Assembly: GCA_965221905.1 (NCBI GenBank)
Contig: OZ244922.1
Location: forward strand, 384,001 to 448,000
From: Chloroflexota bacterium
GTDB taxonomy: Bacteria; Chloroflexota; UBA11872; VXOZ01
DNA length: 64,000 nucleotides
Reading direction: 5' to 3'
A model generated the notes under the pieces. It was given only the letters and a program-made list of their open reading frames with translations. It did no database searches and was not told where the DNA came from. The position numbers and the translations under genes are program-made. Shown here one piece after another: positions 27,716-37,372 of the stretch; the first letter of the stretch is position 1; every line of letters starts with the position of its first letter.

Positions 27716-30421
27716 ATGAGCCAAGCGGAGGAGCCGGCATCTGCGCCGAAGTCGATGTCTGCGACTGAGTCGAAGTCTGTGACGGAGTCGGCGTCTGCAA
27801 CAGAGCCGGCGTCTACGACGAAGTCGGCGATTGCAACAGAGCCGGCAACGACGGGTGAGGTAGAAACCCCTGCGGATGCGCCAGCGGAAGCCGCCGCAAC
27901 GGAGGCCTCGGTGGACGTTGCCCAAGAGGAAGTCGCGGCTACCGTCGACCAAGTGGAAGAGAAAGCGGTCTCTCAAGACTACCAGCCGCAGGAATTCGAG
28001 CAGGCGTGGCAGGCGCAGTGGCGCGAAACGAAACTCTATAAGACTGAGGATGATACTTCGAAGAAATCATTCTACTGTCTTGACTTCTTCCCGTATCCTT
28101 CGGGTGACGGCCTTTCGGTCGGTCACGGCCACAACTATATTCCGACAGACGTAATCTCCCGCCACATGCGCATGCGCGGTTTCAACGTGCTGCATCCTAT
28201 GGGCTGGGACGCCTTCGGCTTGCCCGCCGAGAACCGCGCCCGCGATACGGGCATCGCGCCCCGGCTGACCGTAGACCAAAACACCGCCAATTACAAACGC
28301 CAACTCGATCTCATCGGCTGTTCTTACGATTGGGACCGCGAGATCGACTCCAGCGCGCCGGAATACTACAAGTTCACCCAGTGGCTTTTCCTGATGATCC
28401 ACCGCCGCGGCCTGGCCTATAAGGCCAAGGGCCAACAGTGGTGGTGCCCCTCGTGTCAGACCATCCTGGCGAACGAGCAGGTGCACGACGGCCGCTGCTG
28501 GCGCTGCGACTTCTTGGTAGAAAAGAAGAGTCTGGAGCAGTGGTATTTCAGCATTACCAAGTATGCGGATCGCTTGCTCAACGATTTGGATAAGTTGGAC
28601 TGGCCGGAATCTACCAAAGAGATGCAGCGCAACTGGATCGGCCGCAGCGAGGGTACGGAGGCGGTCTTTCTCACGGAGTTCGGCGATGAGCTGCGGGTCT
28701 TCACCACGCGCGCCGATACGCTCTTTGGCGCTATGTTCATGGTGCTGGCCCCGGAGCACGAGCTCGTAGGGAAGCTCACCAAGCCGGATCAACAGGAGGC
28801 CGTAGACCGTTACGTGGCCACCGCCGCGCGCACGGCAGAGACTGAGCGCCAATCCACCGAACGCGATAAGACCGGAGTTTTCACCGGTTCCTACGCGATA
28901 AATCCGGTGAATGACGAGCACATCCCCATTTGGATCGCCGACTACGTGCTCGTAACCTATGGCACCGGCGCAATCATGGCCGTGCCCGCCCACGACCAGC
29001 GAGACTTCGAATTTGCGCAGAAGTTCGGCTTGGACGTGCGCGTGGTCGTGCAACCACCGTATGAGGTCGATTGGGATGTCTCGGACGCCTACGAGGGCGA
29101 GGGCACGCTGGTCAACTCCGGCAGCTTCGACAGTGAAACATCCACAGTAGGTGGAGAAAAGATAACGGAGTGGCTGAAAGAGCGCGAGTTGGGCGGCGTA
29201 AAGGTGCAATACCGCATGCGCGACTGGTTGATCTCGCGCCAGCGCTACTGGGGCGCGCCCATTCCCATGGTCAAGTGCCCCAAGTGCGGCTGGGTGGAGA
29301 TGCCGACGCCGAAGCTGCCGGTGTTGTTGCCGGAGATCGCGGACTTTCAACCGACGGGCGACGGCCGCTCGCCGCTCGCCAAAGTGGGCTCATTCATGGC
29401 CACCACGTGCCCTGATTGCGGCGGTCCCGCCGAGCGCGAGACGGACACGATGGACGGCTTTGCGTGCTCGTCGTGGTACTTCCTGCGTTTCGCCGACCCC
29501 CATAACGATGAACTGCCCTTTGGCTTGGACAAGGCGCGCTACTGGCTGCCGGTAGACCTCTACGTCGGCGGCGCCGAACACGCCACCATGCACCTGATCT
29601 ACGCGCGCTTCTGGACTAAGGTCATCAAAGACGCGATGCTCATCGACTTCAACGAGCCGTTTGCAAAGCTGCGGCATCAGGGCGTAGTTTTGGCCCCGGA
29701 CGGCAGCAGAATGTCGAAGAGTCGCGGCAATGTCATCGGTCCGGACGAAATGGTGGAGGCGCACGGCGTAGATGCTTTGCGCGTGTACGAACTCTTCATG
29801 GGTCCCTTCGACCAGAACATTAGCTGGAACAGCGAGGGCATTTCCGGGTCTCGCCGTTGGCTGGTGCGGGTGTGGAACATGCTGCTTGGCCGCGTTGAGC
29901 AGGGCAGCGATCCTCTGCCCGTTAACAAAGCTGAGCCGGAACTGACGCGCTGGATCAATCGCGTGATCAAACGCGCTGACGAGGACATCGACGCGCTCAA
30001 GTTCAACACCATGATCGCGTACTTCATGGAGTTCACGAATTGGCTCTACAAGGTATACACGCCGGAGTTGGCGGCTACCGAGACCTGGAAGCAGGCCATG
30101 GATCAGTTCCTCTTCGTGCTGGCGCCGGTAGCGCCTCACTTGGCCGAAGAAGTCTGGGAGCGCTGGGGGCACGAATACTCCGTCCACCAGCAGGATTGGC
30201 CGGAATTCGACGAGTCGCTCATCCACGAGGAGACGTTTACCCTCGTTATCCAGGTGAACGGTAAGGTGCGCGACACCATCGAGGCCAGCGTTGCGCTGGA
30301 TGAGGAAGGCGCTCGTGAACTGGCGCTAGAGAGCGAGCGCGTGCAGCAGTTCCTGAACGGCCAGGAAGTGAAGCTGGTGAAGTACGTGCCCGGCCGCTTG
30401 ATTAACGTGGTGGTGGGCTAA
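27716..30421 (+). CDS. leuS: Leucine--tRNA ligase with acidic low-complexity N-terminal extension
   Basis: FPYPSGDGLSVGH, PMGWDAFGLPAEN, FTTRADT, GTGAIMAVPAHDQRD, DWLISRQRYWG, RMSKS; the exact start is uncertain. Confidence 0.96.
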   Translation: MSQAEEPASAPKSMSATESKSVTESASATEPASTTKSAIATEPATTGEVETPADAPAEAAATEASVDVAQEEVAATVDQVEEKAVSQDYQPQEFEQAWQAQWRETKLYKTEDDTSKKSFYCLDFFPYPSGDGLSVGHGHNYIPTDVISRHMRMRGFNVLHPMGWDAFGLPAENRARDTGIAPRLTVDQNTANYKRQLDLIGCSYDWDREIDSSAPEYYKFTQWLFLMIHRRGLAYKAKGQQWWCPSCQTILANEQVHDGRCWRCDFLVEKKSLEQWYFSITKYADRLLNDLDKLDWPESTKEMQRNWIGRSEGTEAVFLTEFGDELRVFTTRADTLFGAMFMVLAPEHELVGKLTKPDQQEAVDRYVATAARTAETERQSTERDKTGVFTGSYAINPVNDEHIPIWIADYVLVTYGTGAIMAVPAHDQRDFEFAQKFGLDVRVVVQPPYEVDWDVSDAYEGEGTLVNSGSFDSETSTVGGEKITEWLKERELGGVKVQYRMRDWLISRQRYWGAPIPMVKCPKCGWVEMPTPKLPVLLPEIADFQPTGDGRSPLAKVGSFMATTCPDCGGPAERETDTMDGFACSSWYFLRFADPHNDELPFGLDKARYWLPVDLYVGGAEHATMHLIYARFWTKVIKDAMLIDFNEPFAKLRHQGVVLAPDGSRMSKSRGNVIGPDEMVEAHGVDALRVYELFMGPFDQNISWNSEGISGSRRWLVRVWNMLLGRVEQGSDPLPVNKAEPELTRWINRVIKRADEDIDALKFNTMIAYFMEFTNWLYKVYTPELAATETWKQAMDQFLFVLAPVAPHLAEEVWERWGHEYSVHQQDWPEFDESLIHEETFTLVIQVNGKVRDTIEASVALDEEGARELALESERVQQFLNGQEVKLVKYVPGRLINVVVG

Positions 30422-30792
30422 TCTCGCGCTGTACCAATTAGGCGTCGATGCGACAGGTGTTTGGCCCAGTGTTGCTAGACGTTGAGCGAATTGTAGCCTT
30501 GCGTACTTTTCCGTCGGCGCATAACTCTATATTCTGGACGTAGGCAACAGGTTGGTTTACTTTGACTGCCTTGAGCACTTCCAGTGCTGGGACTGACGAA
30601 GTCGCCTGTTGCAGACGGTTGAGCAGGTGTCCAATCCGTTCGCCCCCGTATCGTGTCGATACGCTGTATCGAGTACGGGGCAGGCTCTGAGCCTGGTTGT
30701 CCTGAGCTTGACGAAGGGTCGAAGGGCGGGTAATTGGGCGGTAAGCCTGCTGGAGACAAAAGAAAGTGCAATGGCTGAAGAGGAGAATACCC

Positions 30793-31356
30793 ATGCGGAG
30801 CCGAAATCTACTTCACGGCCTTGCCAGCGGCGCTGCGGCTGTCGGACTGAGCGCGTGCAGCCAGTCGCTGGTTGGAACCCAGAGCGCCCCGCCACTCGCC
30901 GGTGAGCTTCCCGTGCTCGGCAAAGCGCCGGAGATCAGCTCGACGACGTGGATCAACTCGGAGCCCATTACGCTGGCTAGTCTGCAGGGCAATTCAGCCG
31001 TTGGGATTGCCTTCTGGACCTACGGCTGAATTAACTGCCGAAACGATATCCCCGGTCTGGTGGATATACATGAAACCTACGCGGACGATAGCTTCAAGTT
31101 GATCAGCATTCATACGCCGGAGTTTAGCCACGAAAAGCAATTGGAAAACGTGCGCAATGCCGTGGAACGGCTGGGCGTGCCGTATCCCGTTGCCATCGAT
31201 AACGACTTCAAGGTGTGGCGCGCTTTCGGCAACCGCGCTTGGCCGACCCTCTACCTTATCGACCGCCAAGGCGACGTGCGTCTCGCAAAGGTCGGCGAAG
31301 GCCGCTTCGGCGTAGTGCGCAGCGCGATCGAATACCTCAAGGAAAATGAAGCCTAG
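30793..31356 (+). CDS. Thioredoxin-fold redoxin (DipZ/TlpA-like) lipoprotein, predicted selenoprotein with Sec encoded by UGA at 31027-31029
   Basis: ORFs 30766-31029 and 31060-31356 share one frame; read-through gives FWTYG-U-INC then IHTPEFSHEK, YPVAIDND, FGNRAWPTLYLID; GAGGAG RBS, LSAC lipobox. Confidence 0.87.
31046..31067 (+). promoter_or_regulatory. Putative bacterial SECIS hairpin
   Basis: ATATCC-CC-GGTCT-GG-T-GGATAT stem-loop beginning 16 nt after the UGA, with a G-first apical loop. Confidence 0.7.
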
Positions 31357-31450
31357 GAGTTTTTTCAAGGGATCAGGAACCCTCAGCACTTCATCCAGGT
31401 TCCTACTGAGTTGAGCGACCTTTTATATTATTTAGTTGCTACTTCTAGGT

Positions 31451-31476
31451 GTCATTCCGAGCGGAGCGAGGAATCT
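31451..31476. repeat. REP-like element, family B (GTCATTCCGAGCGGAGCGAGGAATCT)
   Basis: Related copies at 41456-41482 and as an inverted pair at 34832-34857/34902-34927. Confidence 0.75.
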
Positions 31477-31529
31477 AGAGCCTCCGAACACTAGGCACCC
31501 CTTCTTTCCAATTCCCAAGACAAAAAAGT

Positions 31530-31553
31530 GTAGCGCGGGGGCTTGTCCCCCGC
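31530..31553 (+). repeat. GTAG-type REP, family E (GTAGCGCGGGGGCTTGTCCCCCGC)
   Basis: Other copies at 39992-40020, 40221-40251 and in the 32.4 kb array. Confidence 0.85.
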
Positions 31554-31578
31554 TAACTATTCTCACCAGATCACAATC

Positions 31579-32358
31579 ATGCGTCTTGCTGCCCTCGCGG
31601 ACATTCACGGTAACATCTATGCATTAGAAGCGGTGCTGGCGGATCTCAGGCGCCAAGCGCCGGATGTGGTCGTGGTGCTGGGCGATAGCGTTATAAAATT
31701 CCCGCAGAATCGTGAAGTGCTGGCTGCGTTGGACGCCCTCCCACACGTCGGCATTGCCGGGAATATGGAACGGGGGTTGCAGACGCTGCTCGGAGACGAG
31801 TGCGCCGATCTGACGCAGTACGACTCCGGTAAAGGTGCCACGTACCTCAAGCAGCAGGCACTCGCGGAGCTCGGCAAGCAGCGTGTGGCGCGGTTTCGGG
31901 AATTGCCTGCCGAGCGTTCTTTGTCTCTGCTTGGGGATGAGGATACGCTGCTTTGTCACGGCTCTCCCGGACATCTCACCGAGGCGATTTATCCCGCGCC
32001 CGAGGCCAGACCGCCGGGGCCGGACCAGCCAAGCACGTCTGACAACGAACTCAAAGCCAGGTTGCAAGACGTAACAGCGCGGCTCGTGCTCTGCGCCCAC
32101 ACCCACCGGCGGGTGGAACGCCGCTATAATGGAATATTGGTGGTCAACCCCGGCGCGGTAGGCCATACGTACGAGCGCAAGCACGACCCACACGCCAGTT
32201 ACGCCATTCTGACGCACGTGCACGGCGTATGGGATGTGGAGTTTCGCACGGTACCCTACGACGGCGCACGCGCCGTGCGGGAGATGTTGGCTGCTGTGCC
32301 GCCGGATGCCGGAAGTGCGCGCCGCTACTTGGAACGTATAGCGGAGTATGTGATCTAG
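31579..32358 (+). CDS. Metallophosphoesterase family protein
   Basis: LADIHGN, LGD, AGN, CHGSP, AHTH, VNPGAVG motifs. Confidence 0.9.
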   Translation: MRLAALADIHGNIYALEAVLADLRRQAPDVVVVLGDSVIKFPQNREVLAALDALPHVGIAGNMERGLQTLLGDECADLTQYDSGKGATYLKQQALAELGKQRVARFRELPAERSLSLLGDEDTLLCHGSPGHLTEAIYPAPEARPPGPDQPSTSDNELKARLQDVTARLVLCAHTHRRVERRYNGILVVNPGAVGHTYERKHDPHASYAILTHVHGVWDVEFRTVPYDGARAVREMLAAVPPDAGSARRYLERIAEYVI

Positions 32359-32393
32359 GAGATTGATCCCAGGGATTGTGTTTGTTTGTCGCG

Positions 32394-32568
32394 CCAAGAG
32401 GCGGGGGACAAGCCCCCGCGCTACAGCTTGGTAACGATGACCCAAGAGGCAGGGGACAAGCCCCCGCGCTACAGCTTGGTAACGATGACCCAAGAGGCGG
32501 GGGACAAGCCCCCGCGCTACAGCTTGGTAACGATGCACCAAGAAGCGGGGGATAAGCCCCCGCGCTAC
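32394..32568. repeat. Tandem repeat, 48-bp unit x ~3.6, built on REP family E
   Basis: CCAAGAGGCGGGGGACAAGCCCCCGCGCTACAGCTTGGTAACGATGAC-like units at 32394, 32442, 32490, 32538. Confidence 0.93.
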
Positions 32569-32624
32569 GGACCGCTAGCCAGCGGCGATCGAAAAGTGAT
32601 TAGAAGAACTCTTTGCGAGTCAGC

Positions 32625-33956
32625 ATGCCGATAACGCGCATCATTACCGACCTTGCAGAAGCACGCAGGACCGTGCTCAAACGCAGGCCGTTGGGCAGCG
32701 AAGAGGTGCCTGCGTCCGTAGCGGCGCGCATTCGCGAGGTCTTTGGGGCCGATCTTACACCCGGCGAGGTAGTGGACCGCATTCTGTTGGACGTGCAGGC
32801 CGAGGGCGACACCGCCCTGGGGCGCTACTTGCAGCATTTTGATGGTGTTGTACCGGAGCCCTTGGAGGTGCCGCCGGAGGAAATAGCCGTGGCACAGCAC
32901 CAAGTCGACGAGTCGCTTTGGGAAGTGCTGCAGCAAGCGGAGGCGCGAATCGCCGCCTACCATGCGCGTCAGCGCCGCAACTCGTGGCTGGACTTTGATA
33001 CGGGCCTTGGCGAGATGGTGCGGCCGCTCCAACGCGTCGGCATCTATTCGCCGGGCACAGAGCGGGTGTATCCGTCGTCGGTGCTGATGTCGGCGGTACC
33101 GGCGCGCGTGGCGGGCGTGGAAGAGATCATACTTGCAACGCCGTGCCGTCCTGATGGCAGCGTGCACCCGCTCAAGCTGGCGGCTGCCGCAATCGCGGGC
33201 GTGCACCGGGTCTTCAAGATCAGCGGCGCGCAAGCCATCGCGGCGCTGGCATACGGTACCGCTCAGGTGCCCAAAGTGGACAAGATTCTCGGCCCGGGCA
33301 ATATCTTTGTGATTCTGGCGAAACAGAAGGTGTACGGCCAAGTTGGTATCGATCAGTTGCCGGGGCCTACCGAGACGCTCATCGTTGCCGATGCCAAAGC
33401 CGATCCGGCAGAAGTAGCGGCTGATCTGCTCGCTCAGGCCGAGCACGACCTGCTGGCAACTCCGCTCCTCATCACGGATTGCGCCGAACTTGCCGCCCGC
33501 GTTGAGAGAGAACTAGCTGTACAGCTCGCCACGCTGCCGCGCCAGGAAGAAGCCGCCTATTCGCTAAAGCACAACGGCGGCATCGTGGTGGTGGACGACC
33601 TGGAAACGGCCATAGACGCAGCCAGCGACTACGCCCCGGAGCACCTCTGTCTGCTGACCCAGGAACCGTGGCAATGGGTGGGTAAGGTCCGCAACGCCGG
33701 CGGCATCTTTGTGGGCAGCGCCTCACCGGAAGTGTTGGGCGACTACATTGCTGGACCCAGCCACGTGATGCCGGTGGGCGGCACGGCGCGCTTTGCTTCG
33801 CCGCTTACCGTGCAAGAGTTCTATAAGAGTACTAGCATCGTCGCGCTCGACCCGAAGGCTGCCGCCGCATTAGCGGAACCCGCCGCCGCGTTGGCCGAGG
33901 CGGAGGGCTTTTTCGCCCATGCTCAGGCCGCGCGCAGGCGCGCGCAACAGCAATAG
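32625..33956 (+). CDS. hisD: Histidinol dehydrogenase
   Basis: YPSSVLM, GAQAIAALAYGT, DKILGPGN, DLLAQAEHD, APEHL, GDYIAGPSHVMP. Confidence 0.95.
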   Translation: MPITRIITDLAEARRTVLKRRPLGSEEVPASVAARIREVFGADLTPGEVVDRILLDVQAEGDTALGRYLQHFDGVVPEPLEVPPEEIAVAQHQVDESLWEVLQQAEARIAAYHARQRRNSWLDFDTGLGEMVRPLQRVGIYSPGTERVYPSSVLMSAVPARVAGVEEIILATPCRPDGSVHPLKLAAAAIAGVHRVFKISGAQAIAALAYGTAQVPKVDKILGPGNIFVILAKQKVYGQVGIDQLPGPTETLIVADAKADPAEVAADLLAQAEHDLLATPLLITDCAELAARVERELAVQLATLPRQEEAAYSLKHNGGIVVVDDLETAIDAASDYAPEHLCLLTQEPWQWVGKVRNAGGIFVGSASPEVLGDYIAGPSHVMPVGGTARFASPLTVQEFYKSTSIVALDPKAAAALAEPAAALAEAEGFFAHAQAARRRAQQQ

Positions 33957-34165
33957 CCTAAACCGTCGATTGTTCCCACCGTTCTTGCAACTGAGAATGC
34001 CCCCGTTAGCACGGGCGCAGAGCGAATTCACTATTCTTCAATCCCTTGAACGCATTTTGGCAATAACCAAGGCGAGCGTCACTCGCATACTTGTGGCGGC
34101 GCCTACAGAGTACGTATCATAGGAACAAGCAGAAAATACCAACAGCCAATAGAAAGAGGCACCCC

Positions 34166-34633
34166 ATGCGAGTGATAACTCTGAAGCCGCAACCACTTAC
34201 GCCGGAGAGTTTTGCGCCGTTCGGCAATATTCTGAATCTGGACCGCTCCGAAATCGTCTGCACGGAGGGCGTGCTTACGGCCCGCATTACGCACGCGCCG
34301 CTGCGCGATCTCAGTGAGGAGCGGCCGCACTTTCTTAACCGCCATATGGAGGAGACACAAATCTTCGTGCCGCTGGGCGGCAAGGACGGCCTTTTCTTCG
34401 TTGGGCCGCCGAGCGAGACACCGGATTCCTTCGATCCGGCCAATGTGGCGCTCTTCCACTTTCCGGGCGATCACGCAATCAGGATGCACGTGGGCACCTG
34501 GCACGTTGCTCCCTTTGCCGTGACCGAACCGACAGACTACATCAATATCCAGGGCGACCAGGTACGCCACTACACCGACGGCTACGACTTCAAGGAGCGC
34601 GATGGCCTGGTATTTCAGTTCGACTTGAGCTAG
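34166..34633 (+). CDS. Ureidoglycolate lyase-like cupin protein
   Basis: PLTPESFAPFG N-terminus, RH..ETQIFVPL, GTWH. Confidence 0.7.
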   Translation: MRVITLKPQPLTPESFAPFGNILNLDRSEIVCTEGVLTARITHAPLRDLSEERPHFLNRHMEETQIFVPLGGKDGLFFVGPPSETPDSFDPANVALFHFPGDHAIRMHVGTWHVAPFAVTEPTDYINIQGDQVRHYTDGYDFKERDGLVFQFDLS

Positions 34634-34828
34634 GGGGGCATGACAATAGCGCGATCGCCGGCATTGGGCCGTCATTCCCTCTTGCGCGGGAATCCATCCT
34701 CACAAAGTGCTAGGCCGGAGCGGCACTATAAAGCGAGCCCAGGTTGAATGAATTGAGATGCCGATTTCGGGAACCCTTGTACCATCGCAAGGACACTGTC
34801 GGCAGGTTAAATGGTACAGAGCCATTCG

Positions 34829-34930
34829 AATGTCACCCCGATCGGAGTGAGGGGTCTAAAACGCCACCAGTTGGGCAATGGTCGCAGTGGGCGGGAACTC
34901 TAGATTCCTCGCTCCGTTCGGAGTGACATT
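34829..34930. repeat. Inverted pair of family-B elements (REPIN-like doublet)
   Basis: AATGTCACCCCGATCGGAGTGAGGGGTCT ... AGATTCCTCGCTCCGTTCGGAGTGACATT. Confidence 0.7.
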
Positions 34931-35031
34931 TGAAAAGTGTCTACGGGCAAGACATGCTGCCTCAGCGCACCCAATCCTAGCTAACTGCTGGGTACTCATA
35001 CAGAGAATCCACCGCCGTAGAAAGTACCCCA

Positions 35032-35625
35032 ATGACACGCACGGGACAACACGCACGCCAAACCCAAGAGACCAACGTGGCCGTAACGATTTCGCTTGAC
35101 GGCACCGGCGCGGCGGCAATCGCTACCGGCATCGGCATGCTCGACCACATGCTTACCCAGCTTAGTACCCACGGACTCTTCGATCTGGACGTGCGCGCCA
35201 GCGGCGACTTGGAGGTAGATTCGCATCACACCGTCGAGGACGTGGCGATCTGCTTGGGACGTGCGCTCGACGCGGCCTTGGGCGACAAGGCCGGCATCAC
35301 CCGCATGGGCTGGGCCTGCGTGCCCATGGATGAAGCCCTGGCGCTGGTCTCCGTGGACCTGAGCGGACGCGGGGCGGCTACGGTGGATGTGCCGCTCACC
35401 GGCTATAAACTCGGCACACTGCAAAGCGAGATGATAAGCCACTTCCTGGATACGTTCGCCGTCCAAGGGGGGCTGACGCTCCACGCGCGTCTACTGTCAG
35501 GCGAGAACGACCACCACAAAGCCGAGGCGGTCTTCAAAGCCCTCGCTCGCGCGCTTTCACAGGCTGTCCAACCCGATCCCCGCCGCCAACACTCCGTACC
35601 CAGCAGCAAGGGATCATTGGAATAG
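35032..35625 (+). CDS. hisB: Imidazoleglycerol-phosphate dehydratase
   Basis: TGIGMLDHML, GDLEVDSHHTVED, PMDEAL, NDHHKAEAVFKA, PSSKG. Confidence 0.97.
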   Translation: MTRTGQHARQTQETNVAVTISLDGTGAAAIATGIGMLDHMLTQLSTHGLFDLDVRASGDLEVDSHHTVEDVAICLGRALDAALGDKAGITRMGWACVPMDEALALVSVDLSGRGAATVDVPLTGYKLGTLQSEMISHFLDTFAVQGGLTLHARLLSGENDHHKAEAVFKALARALSQAVQPDPRRQHSVPSSKGSLE

Positions 35626-35659
35626 AAGTATTGCCCGTGTCCTCACTGGAGAAATACTG

Positions 35660-36727
35660 ATGCTACGCAAGTTTTCGGTGCGGAACTTCCGCTGCTTGCG
35701 AGAACTCGATATTGAGCCGCTTGCGCGAGTCAATCTCATCGTGGGCGAGAACAATGTCGGCAAGACTGCCTTGCTCGAGGCACTCTATCTAAGTCTCAAT
35801 CCGGGCAACCCGGATGCCACATTGCGAGTTAACCACTCCCGGGGCGTACGGGGGAATCAAGCAGACATTTGGGACGAGCTAGGGTGGCTGTTCTATAGGA
35901 AGCAGACCCTTGCCGGCATTGAACTGCTTTGCAAAGACGAAGGTAGCAGGATGAGTGCCCTGCGAATTCGCCTCGCCGAGCCCAAAGAGCGACTGCTAGT
36001 AGCACCCGATGCAGATGATGCCGGGCAGATCGATGTGGACATGCTTACGGCCCTGGCACAGTCGAGTCTCCTAAAGCTTGAATATACCGACTATACGGGG
36101 CAGGAACATGCCGCGCATGCCCAATTGCTGCTGGGAGGGATAAGTTCTTCTTCGGTAATTGGCCCACCTTCCGGCAGGGCTGTGCTTGTGCTCAAAAACC
36201 CCCGTTTCTCAGAAGAACATGCAAGACGCTATAGCTCCTTGGTAGAGGCAGGACGGGAAGAGGAGCTTCTCCCGTCGCTGCAGGCACTAGACCCGCGCAT
36301 CCGGCGTCTTGAGTTGCTCTATCGCGCGAATAAGCCGATGCTCTATGCCGACATCGGAAACGGCCAACTCGTACCGTTGCTCTACATGGGAGAAGGTCTA
36401 GGCTACGTCCTTTCTTGGCAATTGGCAGTGATGACCGCTAAAGACGGCACGGTGCTCATTGATGAATTTGAAAACGGGCTCCACTATCGGGCGCTTTTGA
36501 ATGCTTGGAAGGCGGTCGGCGCGGCTGCGCGGCAGTCGAACGTACAGGTCTTCGCGACGACCCATAGCTGGGAGTGTGTCACAGCGGCTCAGAACGCATT
36601 TGCAGAGAGCGGCGACGATGAATTTCGCTTGCACCGCCTGGAGCGTAGAGATGGCGACATTGTCGCGATAACGTACGACCAGGAGCAACTGGCGACCTCA
36701 ATTGAATTGAACTTTGAGGTGCGCTAA
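35660..36727 (+). CDS. AAA_15/AAA_21-type ABC-class ATPase
   Basis: VRNFRCL, GENNVGKT (Walker A), GEG signature, LIDEFENGLH (Walker B), ATTHS. Confidence 0.9.
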   Translation: MLRKFSVRNFRCLRELDIEPLARVNLIVGENNVGKTALLEALYLSLNPGNPDATLRVNHSRGVRGNQADIWDELGWLFYRKQTLAGIELLCKDEGSRMSALRIRLAEPKERLLVAPDADDAGQIDVDMLTALAQSSLLKLEYTDYTGQEHAAHAQLLLGGISSSSVIGPPSGRAVLVLKNPRFSEEHARRYSSLVEAGREEELLPSLQALDPRIRRLELLYRANKPMLYADIGNGQLVPLLYMGEGLGYVLSWQLAVMTAKDGTVLIDEFENGLHYRALLNAWKAVGAAARQSNVQVFATTHSWECVTAAQNAFAESGDDEFRLHRLERRDGDIVAITYDQEQLATSIELNFEVR

Positions 36728-37359
36728 TGGTCAATTTGCCAGACGATGAATCTCAACAGTTAAGAATCAAGTCGGACAAGGTGCTCTTGGTTGAAGGCAA
36801 AGATGAGAAGAGGTTCTTTGAGGTCCTTTTGAAATCATTGGGTGCCGTAGAGAGCATTCAGACTATTCCCTATGGCGGGAAAGGCAACCTCAAGAGTTTC
36901 TTCCACAATTTGCGCGTGGTTCCCGGATTTACAGGACTAAAGTCGCTGGGCGTCACACGAGATGCTGATTGTTCCTCTGCTTCTGCATTTCAGTCGGTCT
37001 GCCGTCTGCTTAGGAACGCCGGGTTCGACGCGCCGGATCAAGTTAGTGATCAAACGCTAGGCAATCCCCAGGTTTCGGTATTCATCTTTCCCGATTATGA
37101 GAATGCGGGGATGCTTGAGACTCTGTGTCTGTCTGCTGTGAAAGATGACCCCGCGATTCCATGCGTGGAGCAATACTTTCAATGTCTCGCAGAATCTGCA
37201 AGTCTGCCCACAAAGAATCCCGACAAAGCTCGCGCGCATGTATTCTTGGCTTCACGCGCCCGGCCTGAGCTACGCGTCGGTGAAGCGGCAGAAGCCGGGC
37301 ACTGGAACTTGGATTCGCCGGTATTCGACCCACTAAAAAGCTTTCTGCTAGCGCTGTGA
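36727..37359 (+). CDS. TOPRIM-like (DUF3226-type) protein, partner of the ATPase
   Basis: LLVEGKDE and RDAD TOPRIM acidic motifs, GMLETL; TAATG overlap with the ATPase. Confidence 0.75.
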   Translation: MVNLPDDESQQLRIKSDKVLLVEGKDEKRFFEVLLKSLGAVESIQTIPYGGKGNLKSFFHNLRVVPGFTGLKSLGVTRDADCSSASAFQSVCRLLRNAGFDAPDQVSDQTLGNPQVSVFIFPDYENAGMLETLCLSAVKDDPAIPCVEQYFQCLAESASLPTKNPDKARAHVFLASRARPELRVGEAAEAGHWNLDSPVFDPLKSFLLAL

Positions 37360-37372
37360 CTGAGGGGTGGTT

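Noticed and set aside
32386-32634. Small repeat protein (QEAGDKPPRYSLVTMT)n and antisense ORF 31624-32541
   Set aside because: By-product of a 48-bp (multiple of 3) REP array
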